A stretch of 64,000 nt of DNA from Acidimicrobiia bacterium. Its GTDB lineage: Bacteria; Actinomycetota; Acidimicrobiia; Acidimicrobiales; Aldehydirespiratoraceae. The notes beneath the pieces are model-generated. The model was not told where the DNA came from, searched no databases, and worked only from the letters and a program-made list of their open reading frames with translations. Shown here one piece after another: positions 48,670 through 57,326 of this stretch. Numbering within the stretch: position 1 is the stretch's first letter; each line of letters opens with the position of its first letter. A program made the translations under genes and the position numbers. The stretch is from the NCBI GenBank assembly GCA_022819505.1, contig JAJEHD010000018.1, positions 627,663-691,662 on the forward strand, given 5' to 3'.

Positions 48670-49856
48670 TTGATCACGCCGCCGGTTCTCAACTCGTCGA
48701 TCCGATCGCCCCATCCCAACTCTGCGAGCACCTCGTCGGTGTGCTGACCGTGGGCGGGCGATGACGGCTCACGCAGTTCGGCCGGGGTGGCCGAGAAGCG
48801 GGCCGCAGGCCGGGGCTGGCGGATCCGGCCCATATGCGGGTGGTGGTGCTCGGTGAAGATCTCGTTGTGGACTGCCTGGGCGTCGGCGGCGATGTCCTCC
48901 ACGCCGAGCACGACCCCGAACGGGACTTGGTGACGGTCGAGCGCCTCCACCGCCTCGGCCAGGGGCATGGTGGCCGCGGCCGCGTGCACCGCCCGGAAGA
49001 CTTCGCTGGTCTGGGGCCGGTTCTTCTGGCGGTCGGTCATGGTGGCCACCCGAGGGTCCGACGAGTCCACGCCGACGGCTCGGGCCATGCCGTGGAACTC
49101 GGAGTCGGTCACGGCCGCCACCACCGCGTGGCCGTCGGCGAAGGCGATGGCCCGCTGGTGAGCCGAGAACGACTGGGCCAAGTGGGGCTGGTCGTTGTCG
49201 AGGGCCACCTCGTGGGCGGCCGCGTCGGCGAACAGGAACGCCACTGCGGCATCGAGCATCGAGAGTTGGATGTGCTGGCCGCCCGCGCCCCGCTCTCGGG
49301 CGAACAGGGCGGCGGTCACAGCCTGAGCGGCGGTATAAGAGGTGATCTTGTCAGCCGCGGCCTGGCGCAGGAACCGGGGGGACTCGTCATTGATGCCGGT
49401 CTGGTTGCCCACCAGCCCGGACTGGGCCTGGATCACCGAGTCGTACACCCGGCGGTGCGCGTAGGGGCCGTCGGGGCCGAACCCCGACAGCGACAGGTAG
49501 ACGATGCCGGGGTTGCAATCCGAGACCGTGTCGTAGCCGAGTCCCAGCCGCTCGATGGCGCCCGGCCGCATGTTCTGCACGAAGACGTCCGCTCCGGCAA
49601 CCAGATCGAGCACGATCTCGCGGCCTCTAGGGTCGGTGCAGTCCACTGCTATCGAGCGCTTGCCTCGGTTGCACATCTGGAACATTGCCGAGATACCGCC
49701 CGACACCACGCCGACGTAGCGGCCCTGGTCGCCATATCCGGGCTCCTCGACCTTGACCACATCAGCGCCCTGGTCGACCAGCAGGGTCACGGCAAGGGGG
49801 CCGGTCACAGCCACGGACATCTCGACGACGCGTACGCCGTGCAGCGGGCCGGGCAC
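48666..49856 (-). CDS. Family III (CaiB/BaiF) CoA-transferase
   Basis: Frame of ORF 48666-50042. GTG 49856 follows AAGGA. LHGVRVVEMS..VTGP...LVDQGADVVKVE...NRGKRS are typical N-terminal blocks. Confidence 0.85.
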   Translation of the reverse strand: MPGPLHGVRVVEMSVAVTGPLAVTLLVDQGADVVKVEEPGYGDQGRYVGVVSGGISAMFQMCNRGKRSIAVDCTDPRGREIVLDLVAGADVFVQNMRPGAIERLGLGYDTVSDCNPGIVYLSLSGFGPDGPYAHRRVYDSVIQAQSGLVGNQTGINDESPRFLRQAAADKITSYTAAQAVTAALFARERGAGGQHIQLSMLDAAVAFLFADAAAHEVALDNDQPHLAQSFSAHQRAIAFADGHAVVAAVTDSEFHGMARAVGVDSSDPRVATMTDRQKNRPQTSEVFRAVHAAAATMPLAEAVEALDRHQVPFGVVLGVEDIAADAQAVHNEIFTEHHHPHMGRIRQPRPAARFSATPAELREPSSPAHGQHTDEVLAELGWGDRIDELRTGGVIK

Positions 49857-49900
49857 TGTTCTTCGATCCTTGCTGGTCCGGGCCGGTGGGGTTTGTGGCC

Positions 49901-50353
49901 CTATCCGGCCGGGCTGTCGCCGGACGGCTTGGCGGGCTCGGGGACGCCGTGGAACCAGCCGGCCTCCTCCACCAGCGAGCGGCTCCGCCAGCCGTCGGGG
50001 GTGCGTACCAGCTCGTGGTGGTACCAGCCGCCGGTGGCCCACATTGGGGTGTTCGGCAGCTTCAGCGGGTTGTAGACCATGGCCGACACCTTCGCCTCGT
50101 CGCCATCGATAGCGATGTCGATGTTGGAGATCAGGTGCTGCATGGCCTCGAACACGGACAAGGCTTCTTGCAGGAAGCCGACGACGGTGTCCAGGTCTCC
50201 GGCGATACCGCCGACCTGGGTGTAGTCGATGCTGGCGTCGGGGGTGAAGACGGTGCGGAACAGGTCCCAGTCCTGGCGGTCGACGGCGTGGGCGTAGCGG
50301 GTGAGCAGGTCGGTGATCTCCGCCCGGTCAATGAGGGTCTGCAGGTCCATCAC
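49901..50353 (-). CDS. NTF2/SnoaL-like fold protein
   Basis: 150 aa. ITDLLTRYAHAVDRQDWDLFRTVFTPDA is the typical SnoaL_4-type N-terminus. Confidence 0.7.
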   Translation of the reverse strand: MMDLQTLIDRAEITDLLTRYAHAVDRQDWDLFRTVFTPDASIDYTQVGGIAGDLDTVVGFLQEALSVFEAMQHLISNIDIAIDGDEAKVSAMVYNPLKLPNTPMWATGGWYHHELVRTPDGWRSRSLVEEAGWFHGVPEPAKPSGDSPAG

Positions 50354-50632
50354 CCCACGATAGGGAGAAGTGCCAACAGTTGGGGAGTGCGACGCAACTC
50401 CTAGTTGACCACGAGTTCAATAGGGCTGTGCTCGCGGTGAGCAAACCCGAAGTGATCGCCGCGTCATTCGGGCCGGACTCTGCGCCGAGCCGGGACCCTT
50501 GACCGTCGGGACAACTCGGGCGAAGGCAGCCGGCGTGGTTTGCCTGATTTCTCGGCGGGTGAGTGACCTCGGTTGAAGCGGGGCGATGAAGGTCCATCGC
50601 TGGAGCAGTTGCCATAGTTTCTAAGCAATGTT

Positions 50633-52141
50633 GTGAGTTTTCAGGTTGTATTGTCACAGGGGATGGGTAGGGTTGTCTGCATGGAGCGAACAGGTGTTCT
50701 GACTCGTGGCAGAGAGCATCCCGGAGAAGGGTCGGCGGCTCGCGAGGGTGTGCGGCTCGACACCGCTGGGGTGCTTGGAGAATCGTCCGCAGGAGACATC
50801 TTGAAGGTGGCCTGCGAGGTCTTGCGCTCGGTGTCGTCGGAGGGGTTGGGCGAGGACGAGTTGTGCAGGGTGGTGGCCGAAGCGGGACAGGTCAAGGCGC
50901 TGGCTGATGCTGTGACGGTGAGGGCTGCGAGCCGGTTGGAGGCGCTGAGGGCCGGCTCGGCCCGTGAAGCGCTTGTGGCCGGGACGAAGCTGTCGGGTCG
51001 AGCGGCCAAGCGAGTGACCGAGGCGGCTCGCCAAGTCGAGGAGATGCCCAACGTCGGTCGGTTGATGGATGAGGGGAAACTGACACTGGAGAGCGTGTTC
51101 GCCCTCGGGTCCGCGGCAAGGCAGTGCGGGGCTGCGGTTGTCGACGGCTCGGACGAGTTGCTGTACCAGGCCATCACCCGGGACGCCGGGTCGTTCCTCG
51201 GAGTGGCCCGGAAGTTCGCGCAGCGCCATGACCCTTCCGCGGGCGGCGACCTGCTCCAGGGGCAGCGCAACAGCCGAAAGGCCGATCTGTTCGTCGGCAG
51301 CGACGGCATGGGAGTGCTCAAGGGCGAGATGGACCCGGTCAGCTTCGGCCTGCTGGAGCAGGCGGTGGACGAGCGCAGGGACTACCTGTGGCGCAAGGAC
51401 GGCGGCCGCGACGGTACTCCCGACGAGGTGCGCAACAACGGGCAACGCACCATGGACGCCGTCTTCGAGCTGTGTACGGGACGGGATGCGCTGACTCACG
51501 AACCGCTTCCGGCGGACGACGGTCCTCGGGGTTCGCGGCGGCTGCCGCCGGGAAGGATCATCGCGGTGACCGCGGGCGTGGTGGACGGCACCGATCCCGA
51601 GGGTTCGTGCGAGATCATCGGGGTCGGCCCGGTCCCGCCGTCGGTTCTCGACCGGATGTCGCCCGATGACCGGCTCGTCGGTGCCATCTTCGGCGGGAAC
51701 GGCCAGCCGCTGTGGCTGGGCCGCATGGAACGGCTCGCCAACCTCCCTCAATACGTGGCGGTCGCGCTGCGAGACCGGGGCTGCGTGCTCTGCCGGGCCC
51801 CGATGCACCGGTGCCGGATCCACCACATCGACGAACACTGCGCCGATGAGGGCCCGACGGACATCGAGAACCTTGCGGCACTGTGCAACCGCTGTCACCT
51901 TTGGCTGCATCGGACCAGGCGGCGGGTTGTGTACGAGGTCGACACCTACGGGGTGATCGCCTGGTCCACGGCTCCGCGCCGGTCCGCTGCTGGAGCGCGG
52001 CGCGACCCGGATGCGGTCGAGTCGGCAGCCAGGTTGAATGGCCACGCCGACTCCAGCCAGGCCGGCGTGCTCGCGGGTGGCAAGACGGGAGCCGGGGTCG
52101 GCCCACCCGGTCGCGGTCCTCCCACGGCTGGGAGCCGGTGA
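50633..52141 (+). CDS. DUF222 / HNH-endonuclease protein (mycobacterial REP13E12-family-like selfish element gene)
   Basis: 502 aa (alternative ATG at 50681). C-terminal HNH region DRGCVLCRAPMHRCRIHHIDEH...NLAALCNRCHLWLH. Preceded by about 330 bp of AT-richer non-coding DNA. Confidence 0.8.
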   Translation: MSFQVVLSQGMGRVVCMERTGVLTRGREHPGEGSAAREGVRLDTAGVLGESSAGDILKVACEVLRSVSSEGLGEDELCRVVAEAGQVKALADAVTVRAASRLEALRAGSAREALVAGTKLSGRAAKRVTEAARQVEEMPNVGRLMDEGKLTLESVFALGSAARQCGAAVVDGSDELLYQAITRDAGSFLGVARKFAQRHDPSAGGDLLQGQRNSRKADLFVGSDGMGVLKGEMDPVSFGLLEQAVDERRDYLWRKDGGRDGTPDEVRNNGQRTMDAVFELCTGRDALTHEPLPADDGPRGSRRLPPGRIIAVTAGVVDGTDPEGSCEIIGVGPVPPSVLDRMSPDDRLVGAIFGGNGQPLWLGRMERLANLPQYVAVALRDRGCVLCRAPMHRCRIHHIDEHCADEGPTDIENLAALCNRCHLWLHRTRRRVVYEVDTYGVIAWSTAPRRSAAGARRDPDAVESAARLNGHADSSQAGVLAGGKTGAGVGPPGRGPPTAGSR

Positions 52142-52216
52142 TGGGGTGGCAGCCGCCGGAGTCGAAAGGGCGGGGTCAGGTTGGTCCATCCCTGCCTGAG
52201 ATGGCCTTCACTATGC

Positions 52217-52262
52217 GGCCGGTGGGCACAACGCGGTGGCCGGTGGGCACAACGCGGTGGCC
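52217..52262. repeat. Perfect 21-bp direct tandem repeat (2 copies plus 4 nt)
   Basis: GGCCGGTGGGCACAACGCGGT occurs at 52217-52237 and again at 52238-52258, followed by GGCC. It lies in the non-coding gap between the HNH gene and the topoisomerase A gene. Confidence 0.9.
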
Positions 52263-52412
52263 TCGACAGGGACCGTTGGGGTCACCGAACCCTCAGGTCT
52301 CAGCCGCTACCGTCAATCCTGTAAGTGAGCCGCACTTCACTCCCCGTCGGGCAGGGCCCGCGGCGGTGGGCGGAGCACCCGAAGCCTCGAGAAGTAGAGC
52401 CCGGAGACGACT

Positions 52413-54956
52413 GTGTCACCACAACAGCAACTGACGACCGCGACCCTCGACCCGGTCCCGGCCCGCCACGTCGAAGACGTTCCGGTGGCCGAGGAGATGA
52501 GCGACTCGTTCCTCGCCTACGCCCTGTCGGTCATCACGGCCCGCGCCATCCCCGACGTGCGAGACGGCCTCAAGCCGGTGCAGCGCCGGGTCCTCTACTC
52601 GATGCTGCAGATGGGGCTGCGGCCCGGCACCCCGTACCGCAAGTCGGCCCGCGTCGTCGGCGACACCATGGGCCGCTACCACCCCCACGGCGACGCGGCC
52701 ATCTACGACACCCTCGTCCGCATGGGCCAGGACTTCAGCCGCATGGTGACCCTGGTCGACCCGCAGGGCAATTTCGGCAGCCTCGACGACCCGCCCGCGG
52801 CGGCCCGCTACACCGAGTGTCGCCTGAGCGAGGCCGCCATGGACATGGTCGGCGAGCTCGACGAGGACACCGTCGACTTCCGGCCCACCTACGACGGCGA
52901 GGACACCGAGCCGGTCGTGCTACCGGCGGCGCTGCCCAACCTGCTGATCAACGGCACCGCGGGCATCGCGGTCGGCATGGCCACGACCATGCTGCCCCAC
53001 AACCTGGCCGAGGCTAGTGCAGCCATCGAGTTGGTCATGAGCAAGCAGCCCAGCGACCCGGCAACCGACGCCGGGTCGCCAGCAGGCGGCAAACCGGCCC
53101 GGCGGCGCAAGGCGAGGCCGGCAACTGAGGAGCTCATGGAAGTCCTGCCCGGACCCGACTTTCCCGGTGGAGGCATCGTCATCTCCGACGAGGGCCTGAA
53201 GGCGGCTTACGACACGGGCAGGGGATCCGTCAGGGTGCGGGCCCGGGCCAGCATCGAGGCTGTGACCCGGCGTCGCCAGGCGGTGATCGTCACCGAACTG
53301 CCCCATCTCGTGGGTCCCGAACGGGTGGTCTCCCGGATCACCGAGCTGGTCGGGGCCGGCCGGCTGCAGAGCGTCGCCGGCATCGCCGACCTGAGCGACA
53401 TGGAGGGCCTGCGCCTGCAGATCGACCTGAAGCCGGGAGTCGACTCCGATGCCGCGCTCTCCGAGCTCTACCGGCTCACGCCGCTCGAGGAGGCCGTCAG
53501 CGTCAACAATGTGGTGCTGGTCGAAGGTGTGCCCACCACCGTCGGGCTCCGGGAGCTGTGCGAGCACTACGTCACCCACCGCCTCCAGGTAGTGGTGCGC
53601 CGCACCCGCTACCGGCTGCAGCGGGCCGGTGAGCGACTCCACATCGTGGAGGGCTTGCTCACCGCCCTCGACAACATTGACGACGTCGTGGCGCTGATCC
53701 GAGGCTCCCAGGACGCTGCCGAGGCCCGTGACGGGCTCATCGAGCGCTTCGAGCTCACCGACGTGCAGGCGAACCACATACTCGACATGGCGCTTCGGCG
53801 GCTCACGGCGCTGGAACGCCAGAAGCTCGACGATGAGGCCTCCCGGCTACGAGCCGACATCGAAGACCTCAAGCAGATCCTCTCCAGCCGGCGCCGCCAG
53901 CGCTCCATCGTGAGGAGCGAGCTTCGATTGCTAGTCGAGGATCACGGGCGACCCAGGCGCAGCCGGATCGTCGAGGCTGAAGTCCTGGAGCGGGAGTCGG
54001 CCGGCGGCTCAGACGCTGGCGGTGCCTCCACGGCCTCGTTCGATCCGGTGGAGGCGGGTCCCGACCTTCCCTGCGTGGTGACGGTGTCGACGAGTGGCAA
54101 TATCGGACGGGCCTCCATGAAGGGGCAGCGGCGAGCGTCGCCGGGGCGTCACGATCTGATCGCCGCCAGGGTCGTGGCCTCGACCGGGTCGCCGGTGGCC
54201 GCGGTCACTTCGGCCGGGCGGGTGTTCAAGGTGATCGGAGGCGAGATCGAGGAGACGTCCAACCGGGTGCGGGGCGCCGATGCCGCCACCGTCTTCGGCC
54301 TGGACTCCAAAGAGACCGTTCTGGCCCTCGTCGCCGGCGGGGACGACAGGCTGGTAATGGTCACTGCCGGGGGCACCATGAAGAGGCTCGACGCCGAGGA
54401 GGTGTTGGGCGCGCCCGCTGGATCGTCATTGATCGCGTTGGGAGCGAACGACCGTGTGGCCTGCGCCTTCACCGCCCCGGAGGACGCCGATGTCGTGATC
54501 GCGGCCAGCGACGGCCGGGCACTGCGCCTAGAGGCGTCGTCGGTGCGGCTGCAGCGCCGGGCCGCGGCGGGAATGGCTGGCATCAAGCTGCGTGAGGGCT
54601 CCGTCCCGGTGGGTGCCGGCGCCGTTCTCGATCACGCCGCGCTGGTCGTCGCAACCAGCGCGGGCCCTGCCGCGGGCAATGGCAAGAGCGGGATCAAGGT
54701 CACGCCCTGCTCCGAGTTGCCGACTCAGGGCAGGGGCACCCAGGGCGTTCTGGTGGTCAAGCTGCTGCCCGTCGAGTCTGTGGTGGCCGCGGCGGTGGGC
54801 CCGGCCGAGGGCATGCTGGCTCTGATGGGACAGGACGACAACCCCCGCAAGGTCGATCCCCACCCTGTGCCCGTGCGAGTGGCCCCCACGGCGCGCTACC
54901 GCTCACCGCAGCGCAGCGATCGGCGCGTCCATGTGCTGGGGCCGGGGAGGTGGTGA
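52413..54956 (+). CDS. Type IIA DNA topoisomerase subunit A (ParC/GyrA family; topo IV-like)
   Basis: 847 aa. FLAYALSVITARAIPDVRDGLKPVQRRVLY, active-site Tyr context AAARYTECRL. QRRASPG stands where gyrases carry the QRRGGKG GyrA box. Confidence 0.9.
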   Translation: MSPQQQLTTATLDPVPARHVEDVPVAEEMSDSFLAYALSVITARAIPDVRDGLKPVQRRVLYSMLQMGLRPGTPYRKSARVVGDTMGRYHPHGDAAIYDTLVRMGQDFSRMVTLVDPQGNFGSLDDPPAAARYTECRLSEAAMDMVGELDEDTVDFRPTYDGEDTEPVVLPAALPNLLINGTAGIAVGMATTMLPHNLAEASAAIELVMSKQPSDPATDAGSPAGGKPARRRKARPATEELMEVLPGPDFPGGGIVISDEGLKAAYDTGRGSVRVRARASIEAVTRRRQAVIVTELPHLVGPERVVSRITELVGAGRLQSVAGIADLSDMEGLRLQIDLKPGVDSDAALSELYRLTPLEEAVSVNNVVLVEGVPTTVGLRELCEHYVTHRLQVVVRRTRYRLQRAGERLHIVEGLLTALDNIDDVVALIRGSQDAAEARDGLIERFELTDVQANHILDMALRRLTALERQKLDDEASRLRADIEDLKQILSSRRRQRSIVRSELRLLVEDHGRPRRSRIVEAEVLERESAGGSDAGGASTASFDPVEAGPDLPCVVTVSTSGNIGRASMKGQRRASPGRHDLIAARVVASTGSPVAAVTSAGRVFKVIGGEIEETSNRVRGADAATVFGLDSKETVLALVAGGDDRLVMVTAGGTMKRLDAEEVLGAPAGSSLIALGANDRVACAFTAPEDADVVIAASDGRALRLEASSVRLQRRAAAGMAGIKLREGSVPVGAGAVLDHAALVVATSAGPAAGNGKSGIKVTPCSELPTQGRGTQGVLVVKLLPVESVVAAAVGPAEGMLALMGQDDNPRKVDPHPVPVRVAPTARYRSPQRSDRRVHVLGPGRW

Positions 54957-57241
54957 GGAAAGTGGCACCACCGAACGGTCCGGCGGGAGCATCCACCGAG
55001 ATGACCCTGCCGTTGACCTCGGGCGACGTCGCCACCCCGAACACTGATGCTCAGCCCCGCTCCCGGGCTGGATCATCAAACGGAGCGGCCCGACGAGACG
55101 GCGCCTCCAACGGCCGTCATCCCGGCCTCTCCGCTGGCTCGGGCGACGCCAGCCCCCCCGCTGCGACCAACACCGCAGACAGCTACGACGCCGACTCCAT
55201 TGAGACGCTCGAGGGTCTTGAGGCCGTCCGCAAGCGCCCGGCCATGTACATCGGGGGCAACGGCTCCGAGGGTCTCATGCACCTCGTGTGGGAGATCGTG
55301 GACAACGCCGTGGACGAGGCCGCCGCCGGCTTCGCCACCAAGGTGGGGGTGACCCTGCATCGCAAAGGATCGGTCGAGGTGACCGACAACGGTCGCGGCA
55401 TCCCGGTCAACAAGCATCCCGAACGCGACGTGTCGGCCCTCGAAGTGGTGTTCACCGAACTGCACGCGGGCGGCAAGTTCGGCGAAGGCGCCTACAAGGC
55501 CTCGGGCGGGCTTCACGGTGTGGGAGCCTCCGTCGTCAACGCCCTGTCGACTCGCCTCGACGTGGAGGTGCGGCGCGACGGGTACGTTCACGAGTTGAGC
55601 TTCTCGAACCAGGAGCCCGGCCATTTCGTCGCCGGCAGGTTCAGGGCCAGCAGCGATGTGCGGCCGTTGAACCGGCGAACCAAGGCGACCGGCACCACCG
55701 TCCGGTTCTGGCCCGACATGGCGCTGTTCCATCCCGAGGCGCGCATCGACGCCGATGAGGTGCGCCGCCGGGTCCGTCAGATGTGCTTCCTGGTTCCCGG
55801 CCTGAAGATGACGGTGGACGACCGCCGCCCCGGCGCGGCGTGCGAGCCCTTCGTCTTCGTGAGCAGGGGCGGGCTCGCCGACATGGTGAGGGAGCGCTCC
55901 GAGAGCGCTGGGGAGGGTGCCGTTAGCGGTGTGATCACCGCCAACGGCATCGAGACGTTCACCGAGAAGGTCCCCGTCGACGGCAAGATCACCGAGGTCG
56001 AGCGGGAGTGCACCGTCGACATCGCGCTGCGCTGGATAGCGGGATACGACAGTGACGTGGTGTCATTCGTGAACACGATCCCCACCACTTCGGGCGGCAC
56101 ACATCTTGCCGGCTTCGACAAGGCCCTCACCCGGGTGGTCAACAGCGTGCTGTTGAAGGACAACCGGAAGCTGGCCCGGCTCGCCCGCGATTCCCGCGGT
56201 GGCGCGGGAGCCAGGAACGGCAAGACCAACGCCACCAAGGACGACGTGCGCGAGGGCTTGGTCGCCGCGGTCAAGGTGACCTTCTCCGAGCCGCAGTTCC
56301 GGGGTCAGACCAAGCAGGAGTTGGGCACGCCCGCGGTCGAGGGCATCGTGGCCCGGGTCACCTACGAGCAACTCAAGGAGTGGTTCGAGCCGGGCGGGGG
56401 ACCCCGGACCCAGGTCAAGGCCATAAGCGACAAGGTGGCCGCGGCGGTGACGAACCGGGTCGCCTCCAAGCAGATGCTCGACACCAAGCGCAAGGCGGCC
56501 AGCCTGGGCTCCACCGGCCTGCCCGACAAGCTGGCCGACTGCCGCATCCACGGTGACCGGGCCGAGTTGGTCCTTGTAGAGGGCGACTCGGCCGCCGGTC
56601 CGGCCAAGCGGGGCCGGGATTCGGAGTTCATGGCCATCCTGCCGCTGCGGGGCAAGATCGTGAACGCGGCCAAGGCGAGCCCCAAGCAGGTGCTCGACAA
56701 CGCTGAGGCGCAGGCCATCTTCACCGCCATGGGCGCCGGCGCGGGAGACGCCTTCGACATCGAGGCCGCCCGTTACGGCCGGATCGTCATCCTCTGCGAC
56801 GCCGATGTCGACGGCAGCCACATCCGCTGCCTGCTGCTCACTCTGATCCACGGCTACATGCGGGAGATGCTCACCCAGGGCCGGGTCTTCTCGGCCCAGC
56901 CGCCCCTCTACACCGCGCGAGTGGGCGACCGGACCCTGAGGGCCTTCTCCGACGAGGAGCGGGACCGGATGACAGCCGAGCTGACACGAGGCAGGCGCAG
57001 CCGCGACAGCATCAGGTGGCAGCGCTTCAAAGGTCTCGGGGAGATGAACACCGACGAGCTGCGCCACTGCGCGCTGGACCCCGACACCCGGACCCTGCGC
57101 CGGCTCACGATGGCCGACGCTCAGCAGGCTAAGGCCGCGGCCGACATGTTCGAAGTCCTGATGGGCAACGACGTGGCCCAGCGCCGCGACTACCTGGTCG
57201 AGAACTCGTCGCTGGTGGACGAGGCGACGCTCGACATCTGA
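54950..57241 (+). CDS. Type IIA DNA topoisomerase subunit B (ParE/GyrB family)
   Basis: 763 aa. EIVDNAVDE, DNGRGIP, GGLHGVGASVVNALS, QTK loop FRGQTKQELG, Toprim EGDSAAG / DADVDGSHI, GLGEMN. Alternative start at ATG 55001. Its start overlaps the end of the A gene by 7 nt. Confidence 0.9.
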   Translation: MVRKVAPPNGPAGASTEMTLPLTSGDVATPNTDAQPRSRAGSSNGAARRDGASNGRHPGLSAGSGDASPPAATNTADSYDADSIETLEGLEAVRKRPAMYIGGNGSEGLMHLVWEIVDNAVDEAAAGFATKVGVTLHRKGSVEVTDNGRGIPVNKHPERDVSALEVVFTELHAGGKFGEGAYKASGGLHGVGASVVNALSTRLDVEVRRDGYVHELSFSNQEPGHFVAGRFRASSDVRPLNRRTKATGTTVRFWPDMALFHPEARIDADEVRRRVRQMCFLVPGLKMTVDDRRPGAACEPFVFVSRGGLADMVRERSESAGEGAVSGVITANGIETFTEKVPVDGKITEVERECTVDIALRWIAGYDSDVVSFVNTIPTTSGGTHLAGFDKALTRVVNSVLLKDNRKLARLARDSRGGAGARNGKTNATKDDVREGLVAAVKVTFSEPQFRGQTKQELGTPAVEGIVARVTYEQLKEWFEPGGGPRTQVKAISDKVAAAVTNRVASKQMLDTKRKAASLGSTGLPDKLADCRIHGDRAELVLVEGDSAAGPAKRGRDSEFMAILPLRGKIVNAAKASPKQVLDNAEAQAIFTAMGAGAGDAFDIEAARYGRIVILCDADVDGSHIRCLLLTLIHGYMREMLTQGRVFSAQPPLYTARVGDRTLRAFSDEERDRMTAELTRGRRSRDSIRWQRFKGLGEMNTDELRHCALDPDTRTLRRLTMADAQQAKAAADMFEVLMGNDVAQRRDYLVENSSLVDEATLDI

Positions 57242-57326
57242 GCAGGCGGTGCGGGTGGCATCGTCGGGGCGCCGGCCACGCCCAGGCATCCGGGCCGGTG
57301 TCACACTGGTGAGGTAGAACTGCAGG

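Noticed and set aside
50354-50680. tRNA, tmRNA or other structured RNA gene in the AT-richer gap. A window-wide check for rRNA and CRISPR repeats was made as well.
   Set aside because: There is no cloverleaf-compatible sequence or T-loop (GTTCGAATC-like) motif, only a short 5-bp hairpin at about 50383-50401. No regularly spaced direct repeats occur anywhere in the window apart from the single 21-bp doublet at 52217.
51883-52434. ORF encoding a peptide with a 7-aa repeat (RPVGTTRWPVGTTRWP).
   Set aside because: The repeat is simply the translation of the 21-bp DNA tandem repeat. The ORF overlaps the HNH gene's 3' end in another frame, is Arg/Pro/Gly-rich and has no start context.
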